64,000 nucleotides of DNA from Acidobacteriota bacterium (GCA_965209055.1 OZ242374.1:3328001-3392000); one strand, 5' to 3'. Numbered from the stretch's first letter, positions 36,652 through 47,630 are shown. A program made the numbers and translations. The notes: generated by a model not told the origin, from the letters alone.

Positions 36652-38420
36652 ACCGGCGAAGGGGGCAACGCCGAGCCTGGGGTGACCGGCGGACGCTCGT
36701 TGCCGTCGCGGGTCATCTGATTCCGTGCCTGTACTTCATGTCAGGTGTCGTGAGTTCCGCCTCCGGCGTCTTTACCGACGAAACTCATGCGGTCGGGATC
36801 GATTTCGTTCACTTCAACGGGATGTCGGGGGAGAAATACTTCTGTGAGGTGGTGGGATCGGGCGGCGCCCTGTTCGACTACGACAACGACGGAGACCTGG
36901 ACCTCTATATCGTCCAGGGCAACATGCTGGGGCCGGAAAAAGCTCTGAAGGACGCCCTCTTTCCGCCGCAGGTTCCCCTGCCCCCGAGAGACCGCCTGTA
37001 TCGAAACGACCTGGAGGTCCGTGCGGACGGGAGCCGCGTGCTGCGCTTCACCGACGTTACGGGGCAGAGCGGGATCGAGGCCACCGGGTACGGCATGGGG
37101 GCGGCCGTGGCCGACGTCGACAACGATGGCTGGATCGACCTCTATGTCACCAACTTCGGGCGGAACCAACTGTTTCTGAATAACGGGGACGGCAGCTTCC
37201 GCGAGGCGGTGCTGCCCGAAGAGGCCGCGCCCCGTTGGAGCGTCAGCGCGGCGTTTCTGGACTACGACCGCGACGGTTGGCTCGATCTGTTCGTGGGCAA
37301 CTACGTCAATTTCAGCTTCTCCTACACCAAGGACTGTTTCGGGATCACGGGGCGCGTCGACTACTGCGGGCCCCTCAGTTACGAGCCGGTCCCGGACCAG
37401 TTGTTTCGCAACCGGGGCGACGGGACTTTCGAAGACGTGTCGGCCCCATCCCAGATCGCCCGGCAATACAATGGTTCCCTGGGCGTGGTCACGGCCGATT
37501 TCAACCAGGACGGCTGGATCGACCTCTACGTGGCCAACGACCAGCGGCCCAATCATCTTTGGATGAATCAGAAGGACGGGACCTTCAGCAACGAGGCCTT
37601 GCTGGCCGGCTGCGCCTTCAACAAGGATGGGAAGGCGGAGTCGAGCATGGGGGTCGACGCGGCGGACTTCGACAACGACGGTGACGAAGATCTGTTCATG
37701 ACGCACCTCCTGAACGAGACCAACACCCTCTACCGGAACGACGGCAGCGGCTGGTTCGAGGACGAGTCCTCGGGAACCCGTCTCGCTCCCCCCAGTGTCC
37801 CCTACACCGGATTCGGCACGGCCTTTCTGGATTATGACAACGATGGCTGGCTGGACGTTCTCGCAGTGAACGGACACGTCGACACGCTTGACGTCCTGGC
37901 CAAGCAAAACGATCCTTATCCGCTTCATCAGCCCAATCAACTCTTCCGCAATTTGGAGGGGAGACGGTTCGAGGACGTGACGGGTGGAGCCGGCCCTGTT
38001 TTCGAGCTTTCGGAGGTGAGCCGGGGCGGAGCCTTCGGGGACGTGGACAATGACGGCGACACGGATGTTGTGGTGATCAACAACAACGGTCCCGTGCGGC
38101 TGTTGATCAACCGCATGGGCCAGCAGCGCCGCTGGCTGGGGCTGCGGTTGATGGACTGGCGGCTCAAGAGGGACCTGCTGGGGACTCGAGTCGGTGTTTT
38201 CCTCCCCGGAGGACAGACCTTGTGGCGGCGCGTCCGGACCGACGGGAGTTACGCCTCCGCCAACGATTCCAGGCTGCTCTTCGGACTTGGCGACGAGACG
38301 CGTGTGTTGAAGGTCCGCGCCGAATGGACGGACGGAATGGTGGAAGAGTGGAGCGCCCTGTCCGTCGACCAATACGCGATTCTCTATCGGGGTAGTGGTA
38401 CAACGGTGGCGGGCCGATGA
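36648..38420 (+). CDS. CRTAC1-family FG-GAP / ASPIC-UnbV protein 2 (close tandem paralogue)
   Basis: Near-identical mature region to 34891-36651, with a different leader. Confidence 0.92.
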   Translation: MNRRRGQRRAWGDRRTLVAVAGHLIPCLYFMSGVVSSASGVFTDETHAVGIDFVHFNGMSGEKYFCEVVGSGGALFDYDNDGDLDLYIVQGNMLGPEKALKDALFPPQVPLPPRDRLYRNDLEVRADGSRVLRFTDVTGQSGIEATGYGMGAAVADVDNDGWIDLYVTNFGRNQLFLNNGDGSFREAVLPEEAAPRWSVSAAFLDYDRDGWLDLFVGNYVNFSFSYTKDCFGITGRVDYCGPLSYEPVPDQLFRNRGDGTFEDVSAPSQIARQYNGSLGVVTADFNQDGWIDLYVANDQRPNHLWMNQKDGTFSNEALLAGCAFNKDGKAESSMGVDAADFDNDGDEDLFMTHLLNETNTLYRNDGSGWFEDESSGTRLAPPSVPYTGFGTAFLDYDNDGWLDVLAVNGHVDTLDVLAKQNDPYPLHQPNQLFRNLEGRRFEDVTGGAGPVFELSEVSRGGAFGDVDNDGDTDVVVINNNGPVRLLINRMGQQRRWLGLRLMDWRLKRDLLGTRVGVFLPGGQTLWRRVRTDGSYASANDSRLLFGLGDETRVLKVRAEWTDGMVEEWSALSVDQYAILYRGSGTTVAGR

Positions 38421-39883
38421 ACTGGCAGAGGGGAGAACGGCGAAACCAGAGCACGAGCGCCGTTGTCCTGCTTCTGAGCCTGGGCTTCGCGGTCTCTGTC
38501 GGGGGCCCGGCCCCGGCGGAAGAACTTCCTCCCGTGGCGGATCTGGCCCCGCTGAAGGATGAATTCGACGCCACGGCGTGGGAGCAGATCGAGGCGGCCG
38601 TGAACCGGCTGCGCTCGGAGCCCAAGTCCGCGGAGGCCAATGGCAGACTGGGCATGATCCTCCATGCCCATGAACGCTACAAGCCTGCGGAGCCGCTCTA
38701 TCACCGGTCACACCTGCTGGACCCGGGCCACTACCCCTGGGCCTACTACCTGGGAGTCGTCCGCGTCCCGCTGGGAAAGCTGAACGAAGCGGCGTCCGCG
38801 TTCCGCCGGGCCGTGGCGCTCAAACCGAATGACGTTCCGGCCCGCCTGGCGCTGGCGGACGTCCTCCGGCAGCTGGGACAGCCGGATGAGAGCCGCGAGG
38901 CGTACCAACGGATCATCCGGGACCACCCCGGCTCGGCCGTGGCTCACTATGGCCTGGGTCGGGTCCACGCCGGGGAAGGCGATCTGCCGCGAGCGGTCGA
39001 ACAGTTCCGAAAGGCGTGCGACCTGTTCCCGGAATATGGCGCCAGCCACTACGCACTGGGTCTGGCTTATCGGGATCTGGGCGAAGGCGCCAAGATGCGG
39101 GAGCATCTGGTCCGGTTCCGGCAACACTCGACCGGGGAGCCGCCCCGCCGGGACCCGTTGCTGGACGCGATCCAGTCACTCGCCTCCGGAGCCACCTGGT
39201 ATTTGGAGCAGGGGATCGCCCTTCGCGACCAGGGAGATTTCCGAGCCGCGGAAACAGCTTTTCTGAAGGCGCTGGAGATCAACCCGGATCACTCGGTGGT
39301 CCACGGGAATCTCTCCTCCCTGTACGTGGTGCTGCGTGACCCGGTCAAGGTGGAGGAACACTACCGCAAGGCGGTGGCCATCGACCCGGGCATGTACAAG
39401 ACCCACTACAACTTCGGCATGTTCCTGGGCATGTCCGGCCGTATGGGGGAGGCTGAGGAGGCGCTGAGAAAGGCTCTGGAGATCAATCCCTACCACGCCC
39501 TGAGCCACAACAACCTGGGGTATATCATGGCGCAGAAGGGCCAGGCCGACGAAGCGGCGCGGCATTTCCGTCTGGCCATCCAGTACGAGCCCAATTTCCA
39601 TCTCCCCCACTTCAACCTGGCCCGCCTGCTCATGAGCCAGGGGAAGCCCGCCGAAGCGGTCCGGCACCTGGAGAAGACGCTGGAACCCGAAAACGAGGGC
39701 ACGCCCGTATATCTGCACACCTTGGCCCTGGTGCGGATCGAGTTGAAACAGTTTCAGAAAGCCAAGGAGGCCGCGCTGAAGGCGAAACAAATGGCCGCTG
39801 CGTCCAACCAGCAGTCCCTGTTGCGGGAAATCGAGGCACTCCTGACCCGGCTGGAGGCGATGAGTGCTTTCGGCACCGAGTAG
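38417..39883 (+). CDS. Secreted tetratricopeptide repeat protein
   Basis: Signal peptide, many TPRs (AHYGLG, SHYALG, THYNFG, SHNNLG, PHFNLA). Confidence 0.9.
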   Translation: MNWQRGERRNQSTSAVVLLLSLGFAVSVGGPAPAEELPPVADLAPLKDEFDATAWEQIEAAVNRLRSEPKSAEANGRLGMILHAHERYKPAEPLYHRSHLLDPGHYPWAYYLGVVRVPLGKLNEAASAFRRAVALKPNDVPARLALADVLRQLGQPDESREAYQRIIRDHPGSAVAHYGLGRVHAGEGDLPRAVEQFRKACDLFPEYGASHYALGLAYRDLGEGAKMREHLVRFRQHSTGEPPRRDPLLDAIQSLASGATWYLEQGIALRDQGDFRAAETAFLKALEINPDHSVVHGNLSSLYVVLRDPVKVEEHYRKAVAIDPGMYKTHYNFGMFLGMSGRMGEAEEALRKALEINPYHALSHNNLGYIMAQKGQADEAARHFRLAIQYEPNFHLPHFNLARLLMSQGKPAEAVRHLEKTLEPENEGTPVYLHTLALVRIELKQFQKAKEAALKAKQMAAASNQQSLLREIEALLTRLEAMSAFGTE

Positions 39884-39884
39884 G

Positions 39885-41618
39885 ATGAGAGACTCCATGG
39901 GCCGTTTGCCGCGGGCATGCGTGCTGACTTTGGCCGTAGTCTTGGCCGGCGGACGACTGGAGGCAGAAGGGGACCCCGCATTCCGGGAAGCAGCCCGAGA
40001 ATTGGGTCTGGACTTCCATCATTTCATCGGAGCTACCGGAGAGTTCTATCTGCCCGAGATCATGGGCTCCGGGGTGGGACTGCTGGACTACGACGGCGAC
40101 GGCGACCTGGACGTCTACCTGATCCAGGGAGCAATGCTGGACCCGGCCAAGGCCCTCTCCCAATCCATGTTTCCGTTCCCAGGACCCGCCCCGCCGCGCA
40201 ACCGCCTCTTCCGCAATCAGTTGAAGGAGACGGGCCGGCTCGGGTTCGTCGATGCCACCGGCGGCTCCGGCGTGGGCCACGAGGGGTACGGGATGGGCCT
40301 GGCCGTCGGCGACTACGACGGCGACGGCGATCTGGACCTTTACCTGACCAATTTCGGACCCAACGTGTTGTATCGGAACCGCGGCGACGGGACTTTCCGG
40401 GATGTGACGCAAGACGCCGGCGTGGACGATCCCAGGTTCAGCACCAGCGCCTCTTTTCTGGACTACGACGGGGACGGCCGTCTGGACCTCTACGTCGCCA
40501 ACTACGTCTCCTTTACCGTCCGGGGAAACAAGATCTGCGGCGAGCCCCGCCGGGACTACTGTTCGCCCAGCGTCTACGAGCCGGTGCCGGACCGGCTGTT
40601 TCGGAACCTGGGGGGTGGCAGATTCGAAGACGTCAGCGAGGAGGCCGGGCTGGGCGCCGCCTTCGGGGCCGGATTGGGCGTCATTGCGGTGGACGCCAAC
40701 CGGGACCGCAGGTTGGATATCTACGTCGCCAATGACGGGACACCCAATCAACTGTGGATCAACGGCGGCGAGGAGGGCTTTGAGGATTTCGGGCTGATGT
40801 CCGGCGTGGCCTACAACGCCGACGGCGTGGCGGAGGCGGGCATGGGGGTGACGGCCGCCGATTTTGACGGCGACGGCGACGAGGACCTCTTCGTCACCCA
40901 CAACCAGCGAGAGACCAATACCCTCTACCTGAGCGATCTGGCCACGGGGTTCACCGACGCCACTTCCCGGTTCGCGCTGGCCCAGGCAAGTGTCCCCTAC
41001 ACTGGTTTCGGCACCCTCTGGTTCGACTACGATCACGACGGCTGGCTGGACCTGTTCGTGGCCAACGGGGCGGTCACCGTGGATGAGAACCAGCCCTCCG
41101 ATTCGGTCTATCCCTACGCCCAGAAGAACCAGCTCTTTCGGAACCACGGCGGGGGCGTGTACCGGGAAGTGTTCGCCTCGGCCGGGGGACCGGGACTGGA
41201 TCTGGTCGAAGTGAGCCGTGGAGCGGCCTTCGGGGACCTGGACGACGATGGCGATGTGGATGTCGTGGTCTCCAACAACAACGGACCGGTGCGTCTCCTG
41301 CTCAACCAGGCGTCATCGAGCCGGCGCTGGCTCGGCGTGCGCCTGGAAGGAGAGAATGCCCCCTACGCCGGGATCGAACAGGCGGGAGTTGCCGTGCTGC
41401 GGGAGGGAGTCCGGCCCCTCCTGCGCCGCTGCCGAACCGACGGCAGCTATCTCAGCGCCCATGACGGACGGATCCTTTTCGGTCTCGGCACGGCTGTGGA
41501 AGTGAAGGGTGTGGCCGTCGAGTGGCCGGACGGCCGATGCGAGGTCTGGCCTGGCGGAGAGTCCAACCGCTATATCACGGTACGCCGTAGTTCAGGACAG
41601 CCTTGCGGTTCCGAGTGA
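39885..41618 (+). CDS. CRTAC1-family FG-GAP / ASPIC-UnbV protein 3
   Basis: DYDGDGDLD repeats, GSYLSAHDGRILFGLG. Confidence 0.9.
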   Translation: MRDSMGRLPRACVLTLAVVLAGGRLEAEGDPAFREAARELGLDFHHFIGATGEFYLPEIMGSGVGLLDYDGDGDLDVYLIQGAMLDPAKALSQSMFPFPGPAPPRNRLFRNQLKETGRLGFVDATGGSGVGHEGYGMGLAVGDYDGDGDLDLYLTNFGPNVLYRNRGDGTFRDVTQDAGVDDPRFSTSASFLDYDGDGRLDLYVANYVSFTVRGNKICGEPRRDYCSPSVYEPVPDRLFRNLGGGRFEDVSEEAGLGAAFGAGLGVIAVDANRDRRLDIYVANDGTPNQLWINGGEEGFEDFGLMSGVAYNADGVAEAGMGVTAADFDGDGDEDLFVTHNQRETNTLYLSDLATGFTDATSRFALAQASVPYTGFGTLWFDYDHDGWLDLFVANGAVTVDENQPSDSVYPYAQKNQLFRNHGGGVYREVFASAGGPGLDLVEVSRGAAFGDLDDDGDVDVVVSNNNGPVRLLLNQASSSRRWLGVRLEGENAPYAGIEQAGVAVLREGVRPLLRRCRTDGSYLSAHDGRILFGLGTAVEVKGVAVEWPDGRCEVWPGGESNRYITVRRSSGQPCGSE

Positions 41619-41708
41619 TGGGCCGAGTCACAGGCGGGTGCCGTCTAACGGGAAAGAGTGTTGGCAGTATACTGGGACGCATGATCCGGTAGTCGGAAGC
41701 GACGAATC

Positions 41709-43700
41709 ATGGCGACAGCGAATCTGGACGGAAAGGCGATTCCGGGGCCGTTCTTCTTGGACCCGCGGCGGGTCTGGTTGACTACGGGGATCCTGGCTCT
41801 GGCCCTTTTCGGGGGGAACCGGGAAGCCGCCGGGCAGGAGGACGGCTCCCGGGCAGCGGTGCAAGTGTTGCCGATTCCGGACACGGTGCTGGCGCCCGAA
41901 TGGATGGAAATCCGAGGGGAACTGCAGATCGAAGGCAAGGACACCCTCGGTGTATTTCACGATTTTCGGTTCTCGGACCGCGTCGAAGAGAGTGGGATCG
42001 AGTTCCTTCACCGGATCGTGGATGATTCTGGGAAGTACTGGAAACCGGTGCACTACGACCACGGGAACGGAATTTCCGCCGCGGACGTGGACGGAGACGG
42101 GCTTGAGGACATCTATTTTCTCAACCAGGTCGGAGCCAATCAGCTCTGGAAGAACCTGGGCCGCGGCCGGTTCCGCGACCTGACCGAAGTGGCTGGAGTC
42201 GGCGTGCCCGACAGGATCAGTGTGGCGGCCTCCTTCGCCGACATGGACAACGACGGCGATGCCGACCTCTTCGTCACCACCGTGCGCCAGGGGAACGTCC
42301 TGTTCGAAAACAGGGGCAAGGGCCGGTTCCGGGACGTGACCAGGGAATCGGGCCTCGCCTATACGGGGCACTCATCCGGAAGCGTGTTCTTCGACTACGA
42401 TCGAGACGGCCTCCTGGACCTGCTCGTGACCAATGTGGGCGTTTACACCACCGAGCAGGTCGGCAGGGGAGGTTACTACGTCGGGGTGGACGATGCCTTC
42501 GGGGGCCACCTGAGGCCGGAGCGTACGGAGAAGAGCCTGCTCTACAGGAACCTGGGCGATTGCCGGTTCGAGGAGGTGTCCGGGAAAATGGGACTCGTCG
42601 ATGAAGGTTGGAGCGGCGACGCCAATCCCATCGACGTCAACCGCGACGGTTGGCCCGATCTCTACGTCCTGAACATGCAGGGCAACGATGAGTACTACGA
42701 AAACGTGGAGGGCCGGAAGTTCGTCAAGAAGAGCCGCGAGTTGTTTCCCAAAACCCCGTGGGGATCGATGGGGATCCAGGTCTTCGATTTCGACAACGAC
42801 GGGCGCATGGACATCTTTCTCACCGATATGCATTCGGACATGAGCGAAGGCATCCCTCCCCTCTTCGAGAAGCTCAAGTCGAACATGCAATGGACTCCGT
42901 CGCGCCTGGGCATTCCGCGGGAGGAGAGCATCTACGGGAATGCGTTCTATCTGAACCAGGGTCAAGGGCGATTCCGGGAAATCTCCGATCAGGTCGGCGC
43001 GGAGAACTACTGGCCCTGGGGCCTCAGCGCCGGAGATCTGAATGCCGACGGCTACATTGACGCCTTCATCGCGTCGAGCATGAACTATCCATTCCGTTAC
43101 GGGGTCAATTCGGTCCTGCTCAATGACGGGGGAAAGACCTTTCGGGACAGCGAATTCATCCTGGGAGTGGAGCCCAGGCGCGGAAACCGTACGGCCCGGC
43201 CCTGGTTCGAACTCGACTGTGACGGCGAGGACAAGACGCATTCAAGTTGCCGGCAAAAGAGCGGGCGATTCGTGGTCTGGGCCGCCTTGGGGTCTCGCTC
43301 ATCGGTGATATTCGACTTGGATGGCGACGGCGATCAGGACATCGTCACCAACGAGTTCAACTCCGAACCGATGGTGCTGGTCAGCGATCTGGCAGAGAAA
43401 AAGCCGATCAGCTATCTGAAGGTGAAGCTGCAGGGTGAGCGAAGCAACCGGGACGGTCTGGGCGCACGGGTGACGCTGCAGACCGGCACCCGAAGTTATA
43501 CTCGGGTCCACGATGGCAAATCGGGCTACCTCTCACAGAGCCGGCTGCCCCTGTACTTCGGACTGGGGAATTCGAATACCGTGGACCGGATCGAGGTGAT
43601 CTGGCCCTCCGGGGAACGCCAAGTTGTTTCGGGTCCCATCCCGACCAACCAACAATTGGAAATCAGGGAACCGGACGCGACAAGCGCCGGTTCCGAATGA
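41709..43700 (+). CDS. CRTAC1-family FG-GAP / ASPIC-UnbV protein 4 (UnbV-like)
   Basis: DVDGDG and DMDNDG repeats, SNRDGLGARV, SGYLSQSRLPLYFGLG. Confidence 0.9.
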   Translation: MATANLDGKAIPGPFFLDPRRVWLTTGILALALFGGNREAAGQEDGSRAAVQVLPIPDTVLAPEWMEIRGELQIEGKDTLGVFHDFRFSDRVEESGIEFLHRIVDDSGKYWKPVHYDHGNGISAADVDGDGLEDIYFLNQVGANQLWKNLGRGRFRDLTEVAGVGVPDRISVAASFADMDNDGDADLFVTTVRQGNVLFENRGKGRFRDVTRESGLAYTGHSSGSVFFDYDRDGLLDLLVTNVGVYTTEQVGRGGYYVGVDDAFGGHLRPERTEKSLLYRNLGDCRFEEVSGKMGLVDEGWSGDANPIDVNRDGWPDLYVLNMQGNDEYYENVEGRKFVKKSRELFPKTPWGSMGIQVFDFDNDGRMDIFLTDMHSDMSEGIPPLFEKLKSNMQWTPSRLGIPREESIYGNAFYLNQGQGRFREISDQVGAENYWPWGLSAGDLNADGYIDAFIASSMNYPFRYGVNSVLLNDGGKTFRDSEFILGVEPRRGNRTARPWFELDCDGEDKTHSSCRQKSGRFVVWAALGSRSSVIFDLDGDGDQDIVTNEFNSEPMVLVSDLAEKKPISYLKVKLQGERSNRDGLGARVTLQTGTRSYTRVHDGKSGYLSQSRLPLYFGLGNSNTVDRIEVIWPSGERQVVSGPIPTNQQLEIREPDATSAGSE

Positions 43701-43709
43701 GGTGAAACC

Positions 43710-44741
43710 ATGAGCAAGGAAACCGTGAGCAAGAGAGTGTCTCGATGGTGGGTGGGTGTTCTGGGAGCGGCGGCTTTGGCCATTGCCGGTCCGGGCTGTG
43801 GCGGTTCGCCCCCAGGGGAGCCGGCAGCTGAGGAGCCGGCAGCCGAGGAGACCACGGCTCCCAGCCTGGTGACGCAGGCGGAGCACGAAGCCACCAAGGC
43901 CAAGTTGACGGTGCAGTTCAGCGACGATTTCAACCAGGTTTATGGTCCTCCGGACCAATTCGACCTGAAGCGGTGGACCCGCATGCCGACGGCCCGGGCG
44001 CGAATCCGGGACGGACATTGGCTGCTCGAGGTTGAGCGCGCGCCCCCGCCCGGTCCCGGCGAAGCCGTCCTGGGCGGTTTCGGCACCACCGGGAAGTACT
44101 TCAATCCCGGATTGGCCGGCACCAACGGCGCGGAGGTGACCGTCGGCGTGTTCAGCCACGAGGACTACCCAAAGGAAATGGACGAGAAGGGACAACTGGT
44201 CCAGGCGTGGAGCATCACGCTGGGCAGTTGGCACGGTTTCGTGGGTGGCCAGGAGGAGGAGGATCGGGGGGTGCAGCTCCATTTCGACCTGTTGCGGGAC
44301 GACGGGCTCTTTGTCTACCTGGTGCGCGGTCTCAGGCCCGATGACTTCGAGAAGTATCCGAGGGACAAGTTCGGGACCGAAGAAGCCAAGACGATGACCC
44401 CCCAGGAACTCAGGGTCGCCCATGAGGCGGCCATCGCAACGGGTGGTCCCTATGTGACCGTTCCCTGCATGGCGCTCGCCACCCGGGTTTATCGGGACCC
44501 GGCGGAGATCGCCGACTTGCTGGAGCGGCCCCGGCGCTGGGGAGTCTACCTGACCGACGACGCCAACACCGTCTACTGGACCCTGGACGACCAGGTGATG
44601 GACGTCCTGGACATCACCGGTTACTTCAGTTCCTCACCCAAGTCGGTGGAGGACGGCGCCCTCATCTCCATCATGGGCGTCGCCACGCACCAGCTCAACG
44701 TCTGGAAGATGGACGATCTGGCGTTTCTCGCGTCTCCCTGA
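43710..44741 (+). CDS. Hypothetical lipoprotein
   Basis: Hydrophobic leader ending AGPGC, Pro/Glu/Ala linker, GAGG RBS. No family recognised. Confidence 0.7.
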   Translation: MSKETVSKRVSRWWVGVLGAAALAIAGPGCGGSPPGEPAAEEPAAEETTAPSLVTQAEHEATKAKLTVQFSDDFNQVYGPPDQFDLKRWTRMPTARARIRDGHWLLEVERAPPPGPGEAVLGGFGTTGKYFNPGLAGTNGAEVTVGVFSHEDYPKEMDEKGQLVQAWSITLGSWHGFVGGQEEEDRGVQLHFDLLRDDGLFVYLVRGLRPDDFEKYPRDKFGTEEAKTMTPQELRVAHEAAIATGGPYVTVPCMALATRVYRDPAEIADLLERPRRWGVYLTDDANTVYWTLDDQVMDVLDITGYFSSSPKSVEDGALISIMGVATHQLNVWKMDDLAFLASP

Positions 44742-44834
44742 CGGAAGGTTGTCCTCCATTCGGGACTCGTTTCGGTTCCATCCGAAGGAGGAGGAGAGCG
44801 TGGGCCAACTGAGGTCCCCCAGTCCTGGACAGGC

Positions 44835-46100
44835 ATGATCACCTCCGTTTTTGCGATTCAATTCATGGCGTTGACATTCCTCCTGGCGTCTCTCCTGGTG
44901 GCGCCGCCGCTCGCGGCACAGGACTGGCCCGAGTTTCGCGGACCGACCGCCCAGGGACACTCGGATGCCGTCGGGCTGCCCCTGATCTGGAGCGAAGCCG
45001 GGAACGTCGCCTGGAAAGTCCCCATTCCCGGGCAGGGTTGGTCCTCGCCCGTCATGCGCGACGGCAAGATCTGGCTGACCACCGGGATTTCCCAGGAGGA
45101 CTCACCGCAGGCGCGCCACTCGCTTCGCGCCCTGGGGCTGGACTTCGATTCGGGCCGTCTCCTGCACGACGTCGAGGTCATCGCGCTGGAGGGTTCCCCC
45201 TCGCTGCACACCAAGAACTCGTCGGCGTCTCCGACGCCGATCCTGGAAGCGGACCGGGTCTACGTCCACTTCGGCGACTTCGGCACGGCGGCCCTCGACG
45301 CCCGGGGCAAGATTCTCTGGAAGAGCCGCAACCTGCGCTACGTGGAGCAGTACGGACCCGGGTCGACACCGGCCATCGCGGATGACCTGCTCCTGATCAG
45401 TTGCGACGGCACCGATACCCAGTTCGTCGCGGCGTTGGACAAGAACGACGGCACGGTGCGGTGGAAGACCTTGCGCGAGGACGGCGACATGGCCTATTCG
45501 ACGCCTCTGGTCATCGACGCCGCCGGTCGGCGTCAGGTCATCAGCACCGGTGGCAACGTGGCCGCCTCCTACGAACTGACGACCGGCAAGAAGCTCTGGT
45601 GGATCCGGTACATCGGTTTCTCCCAGGTTCCCCGGCCCCTCTTCGTCCACGGTCTGGTCTACCTGGTCAATCCCGCGCTGGGCAGGCCCGAGTTGTATGC
45701 CGTTCGGCCCGACGGCCGCGGCGACGTCACCCAGTCGCACGTGGTCTGGAAGTGGCAGCGCGGGGTTCCCATCACGCCCTCTCCCCTGATCGTCGGACGG
45801 GAGATCTACTTCGTCAGCGACGGAGGTGTCCTCACCTGCCTGGACGCGCGGGAAGGGACTCTCCACTGGCGGGAACGGCTGGGAGGGAACTTCTCCGCCT
45901 CTCCCGCCTTCGCCGACGGCAAGATCTTCCTTCTGGACGAGGACGGCAAGACGACGGTCATCAAGCCGGGACGGCGTTTCGACCAGTTGGCGGAAAACCA
46001 ATTGGACGGACAGACCCTGGCGTCCATGGCCATCGCCGGCCGGTCGCTCCTGATTCGCAGCGACACCCACCTGTATCGGATCGAAAAATCCGCCAGATAG
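44835..46100 (+). CDS. PQQ-like beta-propeller repeat protein (BamB-like)
   Basis: DWPEFRGP, GWSSPV, ASPTP, YSTP and FSASP motifs with Trp-docking repeats. Confidence 0.9.
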   Translation: MITSVFAIQFMALTFLLASLLVAPPLAAQDWPEFRGPTAQGHSDAVGLPLIWSEAGNVAWKVPIPGQGWSSPVMRDGKIWLTTGISQEDSPQARHSLRALGLDFDSGRLLHDVEVIALEGSPSLHTKNSSASPTPILEADRVYVHFGDFGTAALDARGKILWKSRNLRYVEQYGPGSTPAIADDLLLISCDGTDTQFVAALDKNDGTVRWKTLREDGDMAYSTPLVIDAAGRRQVISTGGNVAASYELTTGKKLWWIRYIGFSQVPRPLFVHGLVYLVNPALGRPELYAVRPDGRGDVTQSHVVWKWQRGVPITPSPLIVGREIYFVSDGGVLTCLDAREGTLHWRERLGGNFSASPAFADGKIFLLDEDGKTTVIKPGRRFDQLAENQLDGQTLASMAIAGRSLLIRSDTHLYRIEKSAR

Positions 46101-46383
46101 GAGCTTCCGGTTTCCTGCCGCCCACTGGAGGGGGGACTGTTAGTCCCAACTGTCCCTAAGTCAAAGACTACCGAACATTAACGTTTTCAATTATTTACCG
46201 GGTTCTTCGCCGAATCGGTAAAGTGGTTGACTCTCCATGTTTGACATGCTGAACAGGCAACAAACAGGCAGCCGAATCGGTTCCTGAAAGCCGACGCGCC
46301 CTTTTTCCCTCTTCCGTTGCCTGGCTCAGAGACATTATCGAATGGGCTTTGCCGACCGTTGGTCGTCACCGGAGGACTCTGCC

Positions 46384-46748
46384 TGAGGCCGAAGGTGTCT
46401 GACTTCGAATGGCTCGGCATTCCCAAGAATCGGCATCCCCGGCCAGTGTACTACGGCGCGGTGGGGAAGACCCGCCGCTACATGGCGTTCAAACTGCCGA
46501 TTGCCTTCGAGGCGACCCGGACCATCTTCGTCCGTGTCGATCCGGGGCACTCGACCGACCAGGGCCTGCTCAACTCCTACGGCGGGGTGACGGCCGCCTT
46601 GAAGCGGGCGGTCGAGTTGCAACCAGCGGCGGAAGGCCGCTCCTTCCAGGTCGTGATTGACGGTGAACGCACGTGGCAGTCGCAACGGCTGATGGAGGCT
46701 CGTTTCGGCAGTGCGAAAAGAGGGTCTCGCGCCCGCTCCGGGATGTGA
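46384..46748 (+). pseudogene. 5'-truncated relic of an uncharacterised ORF family ('orfX'), copy A
   Basis: FEWLGIP..HPRPVYYG..GKTRRYMAFKLPIA..RTIFVRVDPG aligns with 50057-50410. Its tail SYGGVTAALKRA aligns with 50830-50925(-). Confidence 0.6.
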
Positions 46749-46996
46749 ATGGGACAAAGGGGGTGGATTCACAAAAAGCGGTTCCGGTGACTCACAAATC
46801 CGTCTCCCCCGATCCTTTGTCGTTTCAATCAGTTACGGACCCATTTCCGGCCACCGGGTGGCCGCACGGGGAAAATGGAGGTGGACGGGAGCGACCCCCC
46901 CTTTTTGCCGCCCGGTGCGGGCGCGGGGGTGCTGCGCAATTCACATTTGCGCAGCACCCCCTGGGGGGGTCGCTCCCGTCTCAATTATCCTAGCGG
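46738..46996 (+). repeat. Structured repeat copy 1 (nested hairpins)
   Basis: Perfect 18-bp inverted repeat (46884-46901 / 46963-46980) enclosing a perfect 15-bp hairpin (46925-46961). Homologous to 49758-50025(-) and 50446-50724(+). Confidence 0.88.
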
Positions 46997-47444
46997 ACTG
47001 TTTCTATAAAGTCCGTAAACCATAATATATAAACGAGTTATGAAAATTCTACCACCGCTCTTCCCCCCATTCTTTCCACCGGGTTGAATTGGATGTCTTT
47101 GGCCCTTCGTGGCCGTGAACGGACGTACCCGTTCGGCCAAGCCGTGGAAGAGCGGTCGGTCGGCATCCTCGCCGCAGTGATCAGATCCTGTCGGGTTGCG
47201 GTCGTGCTTGAACCACTTTTCGCGGCGGAAAGACCTCCCTGGGAAAGGATAACGGCAGGTGATCGTCGGCCGCAAAGTCCTTACGCGGCACGCGATCCGA
47301 CCGCATCGTTCCGGACGCCATGGGTCACCTTATCCGCTCCGTGCCTCCACCCCGTCGGAGGTGGAAGAGTGGCGCTTCGTCAGATGCTCGCCCTCCATTG
47401 AGCGCGAGGCCGAAGGTCCGGCTCAGGAAGTCGATCCCCACGGC

Positions 47445-47630
47445 TTGACCGAACGGTTACGCGTTCAAGTCCTCCGTTGCGAAGACCCGGCGGCGTTGGC
47501 CAACGGCAGATGGAGTTGGCGGCAACGCTGGGCGATCGTTACGACCACACGAAGATCTCCCATGTGGAGAAGCGACACTAGGCACTGCTACTGGATGGGG
47601 CGGTTAAGGCAACGCGCGAGTTGAAGAAAA
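47445..47630 (+). pseudogene. Degenerate XRE-family HTH regulator
   Basis: QMELAATLGDRYDHTKISHVEKRH*ALLLDGAVKATREL with an internal TAG at 47579-47581. Confidence 0.55.

Noticed and set aside
41668-41692. TATACT followed by ATG 41681 as a leaderless start
   Set aside because: That ATG opens a three-codon ORF out of frame with 41709. It is probably just a promoter.
46101-46330. Possible left boundary of the outer island (GGGACT-GTT-AGTCCC hairpin, AT-rich tract)
   Set aside because: No matching repeat inside the window and no tRNA, so the boundary is not supportable.
46884-46980. Structured repeat as a tRNA, simple terminator or CRISPR repeat
   Set aside because: No cloverleaf or T-loop, no U-tract after the outer stem, and the copies are dispersed and inverted rather than regularly spaced.
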